Shown: piece after piece, positions 63,470-64,000 of the stretch
Numbering within the stretch: the stretch's first letter is position 1
Layout of the letters: each line of letters starts with the position of its first letter
Assembly: GCF_963921235.1 (NCBI RefSeq)
Contig: NC_086097.1
Coordinates: 118,236,001-118,300,000, forward strand
DNA from: Mobula hypostoma
Taxonomy: Eukaryota
DNA length: 64,000 bases
Direction: 5' to 3'
Notes under the pieces: generated by a model
What the model was told of the DNA's origin: nothing
What the model saw: the letters and a program-made list of their open reading frames with translations, nothing else
Database searches by the model: none
Translations under genes and position numbers: made by a program

Positions 63470-64000
63470 TAGTCAGAACACTCAATAATTAATAAATGAA
63501 TAATTCAAAAGGACAGCTGCTTATTTGGGATGACTCTTAAAGGACAAAAAGAATTGAGAAAATAGCCAGGATTCCCTTTCTTTAATTGGGATACCATGCC
63601 GCATAATTGTGACAAGAGACTGCTGCTGAACAGTTTCTAACTAATGCCAGTCAAGTGCACATTGTGTGGCTATTGAGCACTACATCATGCTTAGACTGAA
63701 CGGATTTTAAATAACATCATTTGCTTGTGCTTATATTCACAGAGCAGTGATTTTTCTCATTGATAGTTGGCAAGGAATAAGCAGTAAGACAATTCAGACT
63801 GTTTTACTCATAGTGGTTTCAAGTGTTCAGGCTTGGAGATGCCAGAAACGACCGGGAGTGAAAATGAAACAGTTTCAATACTTCAGCAAGTTAGGAATCA
63901 TGAAGAATTTGTAGATATCAACAATTATCTTGAATGTTACTATGGAAATGAAGATTTAGAGGGTGCAATCATCAAAAGCATTTTATGAAAGTAGTCCATT
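63470..64000 (+). mobile_element. Tigger/pogo-like transposon relic
   Basis: WQGISSKTIQ..F..SGF and EEFVDI..LEC..EDLEGAII resemble the Tigger transposase C-terminus. Confidence 0.55.

Overview
Repeat-dense vertebrate nuclear DNA. The repeat families (CR1 LINEs with an SGNH ORF1, HE1/V-type SINEs, Rex1/Babar, Penelope-like fragments, Tc1, hAT, Gypsy) point to a cartilaginous fish, probably a ray (inference). I recognise no host gene, only weak candidate micro-exons. Main contents: a young 5'-truncated CR1 with an uninterrupted ORF2 (931-3501); two near-identical copies of a second CR1 family (20221-23797, 46126-51033); a decayed full-length Gypsy (about 40318-44628); several solo LTRs; Tc1, hAT and Tigger relics; RTE, Rex1 and Penelope fragments; and many nested insertions with readable TSDs. 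Best leads: (1) a U_UUA_AAC -1 frameshift heptamer exactly at the ORF1/ORF2 junction of a CR1 family whose ORF2 has no usable AUG; (2) an intact minimal hammerhead ribozyme in a 132-bp TSD-flanked Penelope-derived insert; (3) a premature TAG shared by two independently inserted CR1 copies; (4) a conserved long hairpin and tandem splice-donor repeats in two LTRs; (5) a palindrome-bearing minisatellite that arose inside a SINE. No prokaryote-type system such as CRISPR is supported. Boundaries of old elements are approximate. All comparisons were made by eye.
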